Below, one piece after another: positions 27,488 to 38,700 of a stretch of 64,000 bases of DNA; within the stretch, counting starts at the first letter, position 1; the number at the start of each line of letters is the position of its first letter. Position numbers and translations under genes: made by a program. The DNA is from a virus. Below the pieces are notes generated by a model, which saw only the letters and a list, made by a program, of their open reading frames with translations, did not search any database and was not told the origin of the DNA. Where the stretch lies: the IMG/VR virus record IMGVR_UViG_3300010354_000076, positions 3,198-67,197 of that record, one strand, 5' to 3'.

Positions 27488-29260
27488 TTACAATATAATT
27501 GATTCTACTAGTTTGACACCTTCGTCGTCGCTGTTTTCTAATGCTATAGCGAATGTATCGGGAAACGTAGCAGCTCTAACTGCCATGTTCTTCATAACTC
27601 TTTCAGCAACTGCTGCACAGCCGTTGCTAGATGCCATTAAACGGTCACCCTTACGTACTTGACCTACTACCTTTACCGGAACTCTGCCTTTTAAGGCTAT
27701 ATAAGTTCCGCCTTCTAATCCCGAATTCATCATATAAGCAGGATTAGCTGAAACTGCTCCAAATGCTCTGTCGCCGGCTTGACAAGCAGTTACTTCTGCT
27801 GATCCTCCAACTGACACTACAGTTCCGACTTCGTAGTCCTGATCGCAAAGGTATTTTTCTGCTAAGTCAGCAAAATAAGCTGATGTAGCAGTTCCTACGA
27901 AAAAGTTGCCTTTTACTGATCCAGGAGTAATTGTAATTCCATTAATAACTTGTGACACTGATGTTCTCGCTACGATAGTTCCAACCGAAATCTCTTCATT
28001 GGCTGTTCTATAATCTAATCCGGAACCAACTTTTAAATTGTCTGAATTAGTAGCACTGCCTGCCGAAGTTGCTGTAGTAGCATTACCTAAAAACTCTGCG
28101 GCACATAATCTTCCTGCTGCATCTCTTACAGCAACGCTATTGAATGTTCCTAAACCAGCAGAATCTACTGTAGCAGATCTATAATCAGGACCAACTTTCA
28201 ATTTATCTGCTTGATCAGCAGTGCCTTTAAAAAGATTTCCGTATACTATATTAAATTTAGCTCCAGGAAGTCCTAAATTAGTATTACCGGCTGGATCCCC
28301 CACTAGTGTCGGAGCAAGAACTGCTCCAACTCCGCCTGTGCTAAAAGCTTCGGCACTAGTTATAAAACGTAATTGAGTTGAATTCCCTGTTTGATTTCCG
28401 TCGGTTAATTTGAATATTAGTCCTTTGTCTAGAGTTTGTCTTTGAAAAACAACATTATCTCCATCGACTTCAACTAATAAATCGTCATCGTCACCTAAGG
28501 TATATCCTAGATCAGAAAATTTAATTAGGCCAGTAAATGGCTCACCTTTTAAAACAAACTCGCTAAGATTTTTACCGTCTAATTTTTTAGCATTACTCAC
28601 AGTACCCCAAAAAATTCTACCACTACCTATATTAGTAATACCATCAGAATTATTTGTGTTTACTAAAGTAATACCTGCTTTTATTTGACCATAGGCATTT
28701 GATCCGCCAAGTAATGTTTGACTAGCAGTACTTAATACAAAAGGATCAGCACTGACAACAAACATTACTTCTCCATCTACATAAGCAGCAACTATAGCAT
28801 GTTCATTAGCAGGAACTTGATTGTCTGTAACTTTTATTGATTTTAATTGAGTAGTGCCTGCTCCAGAAATTCCCTGAGGGCCTACTAATACAAATTGTGT
28901 ACTGTCATAAACATAAAGTTGTTTGTTTGCGGTGTCAAACCAAAAATCACCTTCTGATAAATTAGCTGGTGCCGAAACACTTGCTTCAGACCCGCCTGCT
29001 GTTTTCCATTTAGTTGTAGTAGCATCGTAAAATTTAAGTTTTTTTGCGCTACTATCGTACCATATTTGTCCAGTAATAGGTCTAGGAGGGGCTGCTGCTC
29101 CGGCAAAATTTTCTAGTAACCAAACAAAATTTTCATTTTGAGCTTCACCGTAACCAGCATAGTTTTTCCCAATCAGTTTGAGATCAAGGGTACTGTCAAT
29201 TGTACCGTCTTCTATTATGGCTACAGTTAAGCCGTTAAATTTATCAATCGTATAAGCCAT
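27488..29260 (-). CDS. Tail fibre protein with C-terminal intramolecular-chaperone-like domain
   Basis: Shared N-terminal anchor IGKNYAGYGE..NENF..LLENFA...P..GQIWYD. C-terminal ADLAEKY...GTVV...GAVSANPAYMMN...IALKGRVPVKV.G.V.KGD. Confidence 0.75.
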   Translation of the reverse strand: MAYTIDKFNGLTVAIIEDGTIDSTLDLKLIGKNYAGYGEAQNENFVWLLENFAGAAAPPRPITGQIWYDSSAKKLKFYDATTTKWKTAGGSEASVSAPANLSEGDFWFDTANKQLYVYDSTQFVLVGPQGISGAGTTQLKSIKVTDNQVPANEHAIVAAYVDGEVMFVVSADPFVLSTASQTLLGGSNAYGQIKAGITLVNTNNSDGITNIGSGRIFWGTVSNAKKLDGKNLSEFVLKGEPFTGLIKFSDLGYTLGDDDDLLVEVDGDNVVFQRQTLDKGLIFKLTDGNQTGNSTQLRFITSAEAFSTGGVGAVLAPTLVGDPAGNTNLGLPGAKFNIVYGNLFKGTADQADKLKVGPDYRSATVDSAGLGTFNSVAVRDAAGRLCAAEFLGNATTATSAGSATNSDNLKVGSGLDYRTANEEISVGTIVARTSVSQVINGITITPGSVKGNFFVGTATSAYFADLAEKYLCDQDYEVGTVVSVGGSAEVTACQAGDRAFGAVSANPAYMMNSGLEGGTYIALKGRVPVKVVGQVRKGDRLMASSNGCAAVAERVMKNMAVRAATFPDTFAIALENSDDEGVKLVESIIL

Positions 29261-29284
29261 GCTTATAAACCTCTCATCTTAATA

Positions 29285-29290
29285 TATTTA
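29285..29290 (-). promoter_or_regulatory. Candidate late promoter (ATAAATA)
   Basis: T4-late-like motif 25 nt upstream of the tail fibre ATG, followed by a GAGG SD. Confidence 0.55.
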
Positions 29291-29293
29291 TGT

Positions 29294-32200
29294 CTAATGT
29301 AAATCTACCCAACCGTCGACACCTGGACTGGTACCGTCTTCAACGTAGGCTTGCATCTTTTTAGCAGTAACATTGTAAATTATTTCACCTCTATTTAACA
29401 AAGTTAGTGTTCTAGCTGCTAATTCTACTGCTGTATAATGTGGTAATCTAAAGCTCGATCCGTTTACATTAGCTGAAGTAACGTTGTTAACTACTACGTC
29501 ACCGAATAAGTTAACTGTAGGTCTAAGAGCAGCATTCGTAGCAGGAGTTAATTGAACAGCATACTGATTTTGTGTCGAAGTATTATCAAATCCTGATAAA
29601 ATAAACCCGTTGGCGCCCGCTCTTAATGCTATAGCTCCTGTACCAGAAGTTAAATTTAAGGTATTTGTACCGTTTACGTTCAATGTAGTATTACTAATAT
29701 TACCTGTTACATTACCTGTTACATTGCCGCTTAGGCTTCCTGTTATAGTTCCACTTACACTTAAACTTGTTAACGTACCTAAACTAGTAATATTTGGCTG
29801 TGCTGCAGTTAAAATGTTACCGGTGACATTACCGTTAACATTGCCGTTTAAGTTACCAGTAACATCGCCGCTGTAAGTAGCTGTAATTCCACTGGTATTT
29901 AAAACTACAAGACCAGTGGCTGTAGACTTAACATCTCCCGTAATATCGCCTTGTAAATCAGCAACTAATATTGGCGGTAAAACTGCGTTTTCAGAATATT
30001 TCCAACCGTTTGCAAATCCGGCATAATATAAACCAAACGATGCATCTGGATCATTAACCAATAAATCATCGTCAACGCTGGAAATATTAGACTGTAATAG
30101 TGTTAAAACTAGGTCATTTGTTGGACTGGTCCCACCAAGTAGCGTTCCAGGAACTGTTACAGTGTCACCATTAGAATAACCAAAACCATGATTTAGAACT
30201 GTGACTGTGGTGTTGCTTGGGGTATAAGCTGCTGCTGGACCGGTGATTACTACACTAACTGTTAGTCCTGTACCTGTACCTGATGTTGTTGTAGGGATGC
30301 CATTTATAGTTACGTTTGAAACATTTCCTACTGTAGGAGCCGACAACGTTGCTGCATTACCTACCACTTTGTAAATAACTGTGGTTAAATTTGTTACAGA
30401 AACTACTCTACAACTTAATGCTGCTCCAGTAAACAGCGCTCCTGTTCCCGGCGTAGCGAAAATTTCCGAACCTTCGGCTAGTGCTGCTGTTGAAGTTAAA
30501 CCTGTTAATGTGGCCGTATAGCTTACTACACCTGGAGACACTACAGTCATCGATGGAGCAGCTACCGTGCCAGAAACACTGATTATAGCCGACGCAAAAG
30601 TTCCGGCGCCCGCAGATGTTCCAGTGTATGTAGGATCAAACTTTCTATATCTTACCAGTTGAAGCGGGGCAGTGTCAAACGTTCCTCTAAGATCTGCTAT
30701 ACGAATCATTTGTCCAAGAGCAAGGCTATCAGTGTTTGGTAAAACAAGTCTAATAGAGCCAGCGCTGGTATCCGCTAAGACCTTGTCCTGAATGGACATA
30801 TTATAATATATTGTTTTAGTTTGCCATGGAGAGCCAAATGTTGCGTCTACATAGCCCCTATTAGCTGCATCTTTTTCGAATCCAGGACCTGGACGAGGAT
30901 CTAAAACATTACTAATGTTGCTATTACTAACATTTATAGTGCCAGTGCCTTTAGGATTTAATATTAAATCAACATTGGCCAACGTACCTTGAGATGAAAT
31001 TACGTTATCAGTAATATTAGTAATTAAAGAACCAGTTGAAACATTTAACGTCAGTAATGTGCCTACTGAAGTTAAGTTTGAGGTCGTAATAGAAGTTCCA
31101 AGACTTAATTCGTCAATGACTTTAACATTATTAATTCTGTATTCTTTACCAAATGGTAAATTTATGTGCTCGGAAAAATTCCAACTGTCATAAGTATTAT
31201 TCCAAAGAATTGTATGATCTGTAGTACCCAATAGTCTAATACCGCCGCCGTCAGCACCTAAATCAGTTGGAAGAGCTGGTAAATCTACTTTTCCTAAATC
31301 AATTAATTTATCTTGAATTTCTAAATTTGTGGTGCTGATAGTAGTTGTTGAGCCTTCGACTAATAAATTTCCTGCTATCTTAACACTGCCATTAACATCT
31401 AAAGTATAATTTGAATCGGGATTATTATTAAAAATACCTATTGTATTAGAACTAGCCTTGGCAAAAATTGCCGGGTCAGTTGCTCCTATTGGATGTATAA
31501 ACAGTTTAAAGTCTTGATTAATTCTAGTAGTACTTAAACTATATTCTGCTGGTGAAACTTTAACTTCAACTTCGCCGGATGGTCCTAATACTGCTTGGAG
31601 TCCAGCGGGCTGTTTAACAGCATCAACCATAACAGTTAATACATCTGTTAACGTATTTGGATTGTCAATTTGAACTAAGTCATCAGTGGTTAGCAATTCG
31701 CCATCTGGGTTCGCTAAAGCATCGGCGCTAGCTGCTCTAGTATGAAACTTAAAATCACTAAGCGTACTTGGATTAAAACCTGGTTTAATTGTTCCTGTAA
31801 AATCAGAACTAATCGATGATTGCGGAGTAAATTCTGGATGTGAACTGAACACTCCTAATAATTTTCCGCCGTTATGTAATCGTGTGATTGTTTTAGTATT
31901 ACCAAAAGAATCTTTAATCGATGCTACAATAAATCCTGACACTCCTTGAGAATTATTATATGCTTTACTAGCTGGCTGGGCTCCAGTTATACCATCGTAA
32001 AAATAGAGTCTACCTTCTTGAGTGTCAATCCAAAAATCCCCTTGTTGTGGGTCTAACGGAGGTGTTGATTGTACAATCGGTCCTGCTCCAATTCTAAACA
32101 CGGTGCCGTCATAAACTTTTAATCTGTTTTCTGCTACATCAAACCACAATTGTCCAGTAATAGGATTATTAGGTTCACTGGTACTGGCAAAATTTTCTAA

Positions 32201-32347
32201 TAACTTTACAAAATTTTCATTGATATATTCGCCGTAGCCAGTTACATTTTTACCTATTAGAATAATGTCAGTGGCACTTCTATCTATAGCACTGTCAAGG
32301 ATAGTTACTAATAAACTACCGTCTGTTTTATTAATATCGTAGGCCAT
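29294..32347 (-). CDS. Tail fibre / baseplate-fibre protein
   Basis: Same N-terminal anchor domain, gp9/gp10-like ADTSAG.I.LVLP....G..IRIAD motif, and GNVT-type 4-residue repeats. Confidence 0.75.
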   Translation of the reverse strand: MAYDINKTDGSLLVTILDSAIDRSATDIILIGKNVTGYGEYINENFVKLLENFASTSEPNNPITGQLWFDVAENRLKVYDGTVFRIGAGPIVQSTPPLDPQQGDFWIDTQEGRLYFYDGITGAQPASKAYNNSQGVSGFIVASIKDSFGNTKTITRLHNGGKLLGVFSSHPEFTPQSSISSDFTGTIKPGFNPSTLSDFKFHTRAASADALANPDGELLTTDDLVQIDNPNTLTDVLTVMVDAVKQPAGLQAVLGPSGEVEVKVSPAEYSLSTTRINQDFKLFIHPIGATDPAIFAKASSNTIGIFNNNPDSNYTLDVNGSVKIAGNLLVEGSTTTISTTNLEIQDKLIDLGKVDLPALPTDLGADGGGIRLLGTTDHTILWNNTYDSWNFSEHINLPFGKEYRINNVKVIDELSLGTSITTSNLTSVGTLLTLNVSTGSLITNITDNVISSQGTLANVDLILNPKGTGTINVSNSNISNVLDPRPGPGFEKDAANRGYVDATFGSPWQTKTIYYNMSIQDKVLADTSAGSIRLVLPNTDSLALGQMIRIADLRGTFDTAPLQLVRYRKFDPTYTGTSAGAGTFASAIISVSGTVAAPSMTVVSPGVVSYTATLTGLTSTAALAEGSEIFATPGTGALFTGAALSCRVVSVTNLTTVIYKVVGNAATLSAPTVGNVSNVTINGIPTTTSGTGTGLTVSVVITGPAAAYTPSNTTVTVLNHGFGYSNGDTVTVPGTLLGGTSPTNDLVLTLLQSNISSVDDDLLVNDPDASFGLYYAGFANGWKYSENAVLPPILVADLQGDITGDVKSTATGLVVLNTSGITATYSGDVTGNLNGNVNGNVTGNILTAAQPNITSLGTLTSLSVSGTITGSLSGNVTGNVTGNISNTTLNVNGTNTLNLTSGTGAIALRAGANGFILSGFDNTSTQNQYAVQLTPATNAALRPTVNLFGDVVVNNVTSANVNGSSFRLPHYTAVELAARTLTLLNRGEIIYNVTAKKMQAYVEDGTSPGVDGWVDLH

Positions 32348-35079
32348 TATGAAGGTTTCCCAGTAAAGATGATATAGTTTATAGCCTGATATGGATTTGT
32401 AATATCAATCGGCTGACCGACTGCGCCGGTAACATTTATATTTCCAGAATTTGGTAATAGATGTGCTCCTTGACCAATCTGATGTAGAAAAGTGCTAGTT
32501 GCGCCAGTGTCTGCTGGAACACCGGTAGCATATCTATAAGCGTAATATTGGTTACCGGCGCTGCCTTTTAAATTATGACTATGTTGAGGCAATTGATTTA
32601 CTGTCAAAGTTTTTGAGCTCTGGCCGCCTACAATACCTAATCCGGAAGCCGACGGTGTCCTAGGAGGTGTAGGTAGACCACCCCCACCATCAATGACACC
32701 AACACTTCGTATTATTAATCCGCTTTGAGCAGGAGATGTGTTATATTGAGTAGGCATACTAACAGTAATCGTTGTATAACCAGCAATCGGTGTATTGTTT
32801 GCCACTCCGGTTATAACAACCGGTTGCTGTGGTGCAGGTGGAGGAGGTATTACAAGTCCACCGGGCGGATTACCGCTGGCATCAGTTAATGTTTGTCCTA
32901 TCTGAAATGGCGCATTTGTAATAAAATTATTGTCAACAATAAACGTAGTCGAAATAGCACCAATGGTAGTAATGGCAGCTCTAGTAGCACCTGTGGCTAT
33001 TGTTTCTATTGGAACAGTATTACCGTTATCCATGCCCTCTATACCTATAGGGAATCTTCCTCTTAAATCAGGTAATGCAAATGTATTAAAACCAGTTAGC
33101 TGAGATAGAGCTTTATAAGTATATCCAAGAACACTGTACAACTCGGGATAGCTAGTTATGAATTGTTCGCTGCCGTCGCATAGCAAATAACCAACAGGTG
33201 GTGTTACTCCAGCGTAGGGGAATATAGCACCGGTCGGAACAAATCCAGCAGTAGAAAACAGTGTAGCTTTGTTGATTTTTCTTAAACCAGGACTAAGACT
33301 GGCCCTATACATTAAGAAAAAATCACTATCTAAACTATCTACAACTGCTTGTTTATCAGCAATAATGTTATCACTAAGTGTAGTAACAAACTGTCCACCA
33401 GGTTTTGCGATTGCTGTTCCTGGAGCATTAACTAGAGATATAGATCCAGATGTAGAAGTAGAATATTCAAACCAATAACCATTGCCGCCGGAGTCAAAAC
33501 CAATTTGAGTTACTGGCTGGCTAACCACAGTTAGTAACGGCTGAGAAGCAATGTTGACATCCACAAACCAGTTAATTTGAAATTGATGATCTACTGCTCC
33601 TGTGTATACCCTAGCTGTAGTTCCAGTTCTTTGAGCTTTAGTAATTGTACGATCTGGTACAGGTTTAGCTCCATTAAATTGAACTATAGAACTGCTGACG
33701 TCTCCGGATATTTTGAAAATTGTATTTGCTGCCAGACTACCTGCAGATCCTGTTACGCTACCAGTTACATTACCAAAAAAGCTCCCAGTAAATGTAGATC
33801 CTTTAAAATCTTTAGCATAAACAGCTCTAAATCTCTTATTCGTTATTGATACAGCAGGATCAGCACCAATGTCATGTGCTTCATTAGTTCTAGGATTAAT
33901 TACTAGACCGCCGCCTAATGTTCCAAGTGTAACATGTCCACCGACATCTATGTCTCCACCTATATAAGCATTTTTTGCTATGCCTATGCCGCCCGCTAAT
34001 TGAACGCTACCGGTAGTATAACTTGTAGACTGTGTATCAAGTGTGCTTTTAATTATACCGTCAGTTCTAAAATTACCGTCAAGGTCTAAATGAACTGGTG
34101 AGCTGTCTGGGAGCAGACCCGGACTTTTGTTTATACCAACTTGGCCATTACCTGTTACAGTAACTACATCAACTGGAGTTGATAAATTATCTGAAGGTCT
34201 TAAATAAATTGTACTGTTAGCAGTTTTATTGTAAAATACTGAAGTATTAGTTACTGAACTAGATAAAATTTGTGTTTCTAAACTTTCGCCAATTCTTAAT
34301 CCAGAAGAGCTACGAATATTTAAAGCGTAATTAGTAGTGCTTACTACATCACCACGCAAAAAGTTAGCTGCTGGTACAACATCGTTACCTACAACTAAAG
34401 ATTCGGCCTTTTCACTTGTGCCCCAAAATTTATTCAACATCAACCCATCGGCATCAAAATCTAAATTAGATAATGTTATTCCTTGATAGATCTTAGGAAA
34501 CCCTTCAATAGTTGATTTTGGGAAAAACTCCTCCTTGCTGAAGATAGCAACTCTTGCTCCGGCTACATACGCTGTTAGTACAGTTTTTTCAATATCAGTG
34601 CTTCTATCGACTATTTGATCTGCTCTTACACCAGAGTCTGAACCAGCATTGTATTGTGGACCTACTAGTACCCACGATGATCCATTAAACAAATATAATT
34701 GTTGATTTGATAAGTCAGCCCAAAGATCCCCAGGCAAACTATTTTCCGCGGCCGGTGCTGATGTGCCTTTTTGAGTTCCGCTTATATCAATCCATTTAGT
34801 ACCGTCATAAACTTTTAACAAAGGTCTGGCAGGTATTGAATCAATATCAGTGTCGTACCATATTTGTCCTTTTACAGGGTTAGATGGCGGAAACTTGCTG
34901 GCAAAATTTTCTAAAAGATGTAGAAAGTTTTTACCTATTGGTACAGAGAAGTCCGGAAAATTTTTACCTATAAAAGTTAAACTTGTAGTTGTAGCATTTA
35001 CACTATTATCTTCAACTCTAATACCGTTAGGCAATTCAGGATGTTCATTAGGATCTGAAAAAGGTACATTGTATGCCAT
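32347..35079 (-). CDS. Tail fibre protein with phage tail-collar domain
   Basis: N-terminal anchor domain, PTGAIFPYAG..PP.GYLLCDG...YPELY.VLG.TY...FALPDLRGRFPIG, LT..QLPQHSH, NPYQAINYII. Confidence 0.85.
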   Translation of the reverse strand: MAYNVPFSDPNEHPELPNGIRVEDNSVNATTTSLTFIGKNFPDFSVPIGKNFLHLLENFASKFPPSNPVKGQIWYDTDIDSIPARPLLKVYDGTKWIDISGTQKGTSAPAAENSLPGDLWADLSNQQLYLFNGSSWVLVGPQYNAGSDSGVRADQIVDRSTDIEKTVLTAYVAGARVAIFSKEEFFPKSTIEGFPKIYQGITLSNLDFDADGLMLNKFWGTSEKAESLVVGNDVVPAANFLRGDVVSTTNYALNIRSSSGLRIGESLETQILSSSVTNTSVFYNKTANSTIYLRPSDNLSTPVDVVTVTGNGQVGINKSPGLLPDSSPVHLDLDGNFRTDGIIKSTLDTQSTSYTTGSVQLAGGIGIAKNAYIGGDIDVGGHVTLGTLGGGLVINPRTNEAHDIGADPAVSITNKRFRAVYAKDFKGSTFTGSFFGNVTGSVTGSAGSLAANTIFKISGDVSSSIVQFNGAKPVPDRTITKAQRTGTTARVYTGAVDHQFQINWFVDVNIASQPLLTVVSQPVTQIGFDSGGNGYWFEYSTSTSGSISLVNAPGTAIAKPGGQFVTTLSDNIIADKQAVVDSLDSDFFLMYRASLSPGLRKINKATLFSTAGFVPTGAIFPYAGVTPPVGYLLCDGSEQFITSYPELYSVLGYTYKALSQLTGFNTFALPDLRGRFPIGIEGMDNGNTVPIETIATGATRAAITTIGAISTTFIVDNNFITNAPFQIGQTLTDASGNPPGGLVIPPPPAPQQPVVITGVANNTPIAGYTTITVSMPTQYNTSPAQSGLIIRSVGVIDGGGGLPTPPRTPSASGLGIVGGQSSKTLTVNQLPQHSHNLKGSAGNQYYAYRYATGVPADTGATSTFLHQIGQGAHLLPNSGNINVTGAVGQPIDITNPYQAINYIIFTGKPS

Positions 35080-35699
35080 TATACTACCTCACCTAAACCT
35101 GTAAGACTTTGAATACGAACAGTATAATCAATTTGAATTAATCTGTTTAAGGACTTTTGTACTGGATGAAAAATTACATGAGTAATTAATCTACCTAATC
35201 CATTACTATCACTAGGATCATATCCTATCAGTCCTAGTTCATCAAAGACAAAATCGCTGTCATTATCATTAGTATTATCAAATGCTTCCTGGCCTGCTGG
35301 TTCACCGTAGTCTAACAAACAAGTTACAAAAACATCAGTATAGTATTTTCCAGATACATGTCGTGTCTCGATTCTATTTCTAGTAGGATCTAAATTAGCA
35401 GAAGACCTATCATCTACAACTTTATAATATGTTTTGTTATATAAGCTAGCGTTAGTTCCGATAGAATTAGGTGTAAGATATGTAATAATACCTGTTGGAT
35501 CAACTGTAGTTCCGCCATTGCCAAATGCCATTGCGTAGATAAAGCCTTTACCAGCATTCCCTAAACTTTCGGCAAGAGAAATACTCATATTTTCATAATG
35601 AATAGCATTGCGCTTGTCAATGTAAATTTCTTTTGATAGAGGATCATAAATTTTTATATGTCCTTCTACATGAATTCCTAATAAATCTTTGCCGTGCAT
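35079..35699 (-). CDS. Putative baseplate / tail structural protein
   Basis: Lies between the giant baseplate protein and the fibres. Motifs MAFGNGG, FVFDELGL, THVIFHPVQKS resemble fibre-attachment baseplate proteins. Confidence 0.55.
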   Translation of the reverse strand: MHGKDLLGIHVEGHIKIYDPLSKEIYIDKRNAIHYENMSISLAESLGNAGKGFIYAMAFGNGGTTVDPTGIITYLTPNSIGTNASLYNKTYYKVVDDRSSANLDPTRNRIETRHVSGKYYTDVFVTCLLDYGEPAGQEAFDNTNDNDSDFVFDELGLIGYDPSDSNGLGRLITHVIFHPVQKSLNRLIQIDYTVRIQSLTGLGEVV

Positions 35700-35718
35700 A
35701 TTTTTCTCTTCTATTTTG

Positions 35719-35724
35719 TATTTA
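35719..35724 (-). promoter_or_regulatory. Candidate late promoter (CTAAATA)
   Basis: TAAATA lies 20 nt upstream of the ATG at 35699. Confidence 0.5.
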
Positions 35725-35733
35725 GTTAAATTA

Positions 35734-35770
35734 AAAAACCAAGTTTTTCTAATGGAAAAACCTAGTTTTT
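35734..35770 (-). terminator. RNA hairpin downstream of the 4781-aa gene (terminator or processing/stability element)
   Basis: Minus-strand RNA AAAAACUAGGUUUUUC-cauua-GAAAAACUUGGUUUUU forms a 16-bp stem with two G-U pairs. Confidence 0.45.
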
Positions 35771-35778
35771 AACCCGTT

Positions 35779-38700
35779 TCAATATTTATCTAGCTGCTTA
35801 TTTGGCCAAACTGTGGGAGTGTTCTTTAAAAAATTAGCAATTAGATTATCACTTTTTGCTAATCGTTTTCCTAAATCATTCCAAAGTTTACCCTGTTTCC
35901 TTACTACTACTAGTTTTGCTCCTGGCCTAAACCATCCTTTTTCTTCTAGTTCTAATACGTTTAATTGAATACCATAGGTGTTAGAAGGATCTAGTTCAAA
36001 TTCAGGTAATTGAAGTTCATCTCCCTCGGGGCTATATGGATATACGTCATTAAAATATAACGAATATTCTGATTTTTTCAATCTTCTGCCACCTAAAAAT
36101 ACTTCTATTTCGTTAACTCTAGGTATAAAATCTAACTGAACTTTACCGTTGTCGCCGGTGATTATTGTTCTAGATGTAACAGTTTGAACGTCGTTATATG
36201 GGATAGTTTCACTTCTTCCGATGCCCTGAACAACACTTTCAGCGGCATGATACTTAGGCAAGCCAGTGCCCAATGTGCCGCGTCTTAGTTGACTTAATGT
36301 ATTTCCTATTTTGACAAAATACTCTATGCGTTCTCCATTAATTTCTATAATACCCGGTGTGTTTCTACTAGGATCTGGAGTATCTAATACACTAGCATCT
36401 TTAACATTGATATCTTTATCGTTTTGGTGTAAGTCTGTAACAAGGACAGTGGCCTTTGCGGCATTTAATCTCTTATAATGAGTTCGATTTAACATGTCCT
36501 TAAATTGCATATACCCAAAACTATCATGGACTACTGTGTTAGTAAACGCAATAATCTGAACTATATCATTTTCGTACAGATAGTCTTTAAGTTTTAATGT
36601 TATCAAATCAGATTCTAAATAATAATCAATATTTGCTACTAACAATTCTCCGTTTTTAATTACCCAAACAAAATTACTATTAGTTACAGTATTTCTAAGC
36701 GTAAATGTACCACCTAATTTATTTGACAATTCGTGATATTCTACTGTACCAGCTGTTATTGAAGTATTAAAAATTAAATCATCGACAGTTCGTTCAATAC
36801 CTAAAACATTATGATTATAGAAACTAATAATTTCAAACTTAGTTCCGTTAGGATAAGTGTTTAAAAATTTTATTCCATTTTCACTAGTAATTAGATAATC
36901 GGCATCAGTATTAACCACTATAGCAATAGTAGCGTTATCGATGTAACGTGCGTCATCAATAGTTACTGTAATATTAGCAGGATCTTCATTAGTTATAAAT
37001 GAAGCATTAATTGTTCCGCCGGTTCCAGTTCCGCCCGTAAATCCCATTGGGCTAGACGGTGGAGTAATATACAGGCCTGTTGAAATTAAATCAAGTAATT
37101 GTATAGCCCCAGTTACTGGATTAATTTGAGTTACTTCAAATTTAGCTGGACTACCATAAACACCTATGTCGCCTCCAGCTACGTCTAGTGTATCACCTAA
37201 AGTGTAACCTGTGCCAAAATTATCTAAAGTAACAGTTTCACTATCGATAGAATAAGTTACTTCATCAAATTTTAAATTAACATGATAATCTGCTCCGTAG
37301 GATAATAACTCATGATTAACAAAAACTTTTATTTCTGAAACATCTATACTGTACAAATCATATTTGTAATCTCTTAATGTAAATATTTTTTGATTGTCAC
37401 GCATTGTAAAATAATTAGCACTAGGTGGTCTTAAAATAGTTTGGCCAGTTTTTACTAATACATTTTGATCATAAGGAATAGATTCACCTACTTTATTTGT
37501 TAATTCATAAGAATCTATTCCAGTTTGATAGGTAATTTCTTCGCTTTTAACAATACTAGCATTTTGCTCAAGATTTCCTGCATCAATTATATAGGTAATA
37601 ATTGCCCCCACAGCTGGAGGTTCTACAAATCTAATACCTACTCTAGATCTCCAAGTTTGATCTAACTCTTCAGTGTATTCTTCATCTGTGCTGAATAAAG
37701 AATATTCTGGCACCATGCCATTCACAAGAACTGTTGCTGTCAAAGTAGGTAGCCATGCTGCTTTGGTAATAAATTCTAAAGTTTCTCCGTTGCCAACAAA
37801 ATTATCAATATCTAAAACATTAGAGCTATTAAAACTCATACTTAGAATATCAACTCTAGATCCTTGCTGAGGAGGTAAAACAAACTTAATATTATTGTTT
37901 TGATAATCTATAGAATAATCTGCTAGAATAGTTTTAATTTGATTGTCAACTTTAACTATAACACTTCTTTCATTAGGAAAATATTGTCCAATAAGAAAAT
38001 CAGTATCAGACCCGTTAGCTATATGATTTTTAAACACAATGTTAGGACAGCCACCACTTGGTCTATGATACACTTTAATAGCAAAAGTATCTAAAACATG
38101 TCCAGGAACAAACTCTTCTGGGCCACTATTAGCTGGACTAATAAATTCTTCGCCGTCTAAAATAATATCATCAGGAGCTAATCCTGTAGCACTTAGTAAA
38201 GTTGTTCCATTAAATGATCCTCCAGACAATTGTGTATCATATGAGTCTTGCTCTAGAGGATAAGATCCATCGCTGTCTAGTTTTCTAAAAATAACTCTAT
38301 CAGCATAATAGTTTCCACTAGCTAGAGGATATTCAACTTGTTGTAAATTAGCCGTCAACGGCAAAGTAAGAATATCAACTTCGCCATCTCCAACATAGGT
38401 AGTCATTAATGCTGATTCATTCGTTTGATTTATAGTTTGATAATTAGGATCATCAATGCGTACAGCTTCCCAATAGTCGCCAACATATACTCCTTGATCG
38501 ACCCAACGAACTCCGTTATATTCCCAAACGTGTCCGTCATCTAATGTTTTACGTACATCACCTACTGAGGAAGTAGGAGGCAACGCAGCATAGGTAGCTG
38601 CTCTAGGAATATATCTAGAAACATAGATGTTAATTTGTTGATTAACTTTTGGAACATACGGTAGTTTAAAACTATAGTCTGTTCCGTTATAATAGGTAAC

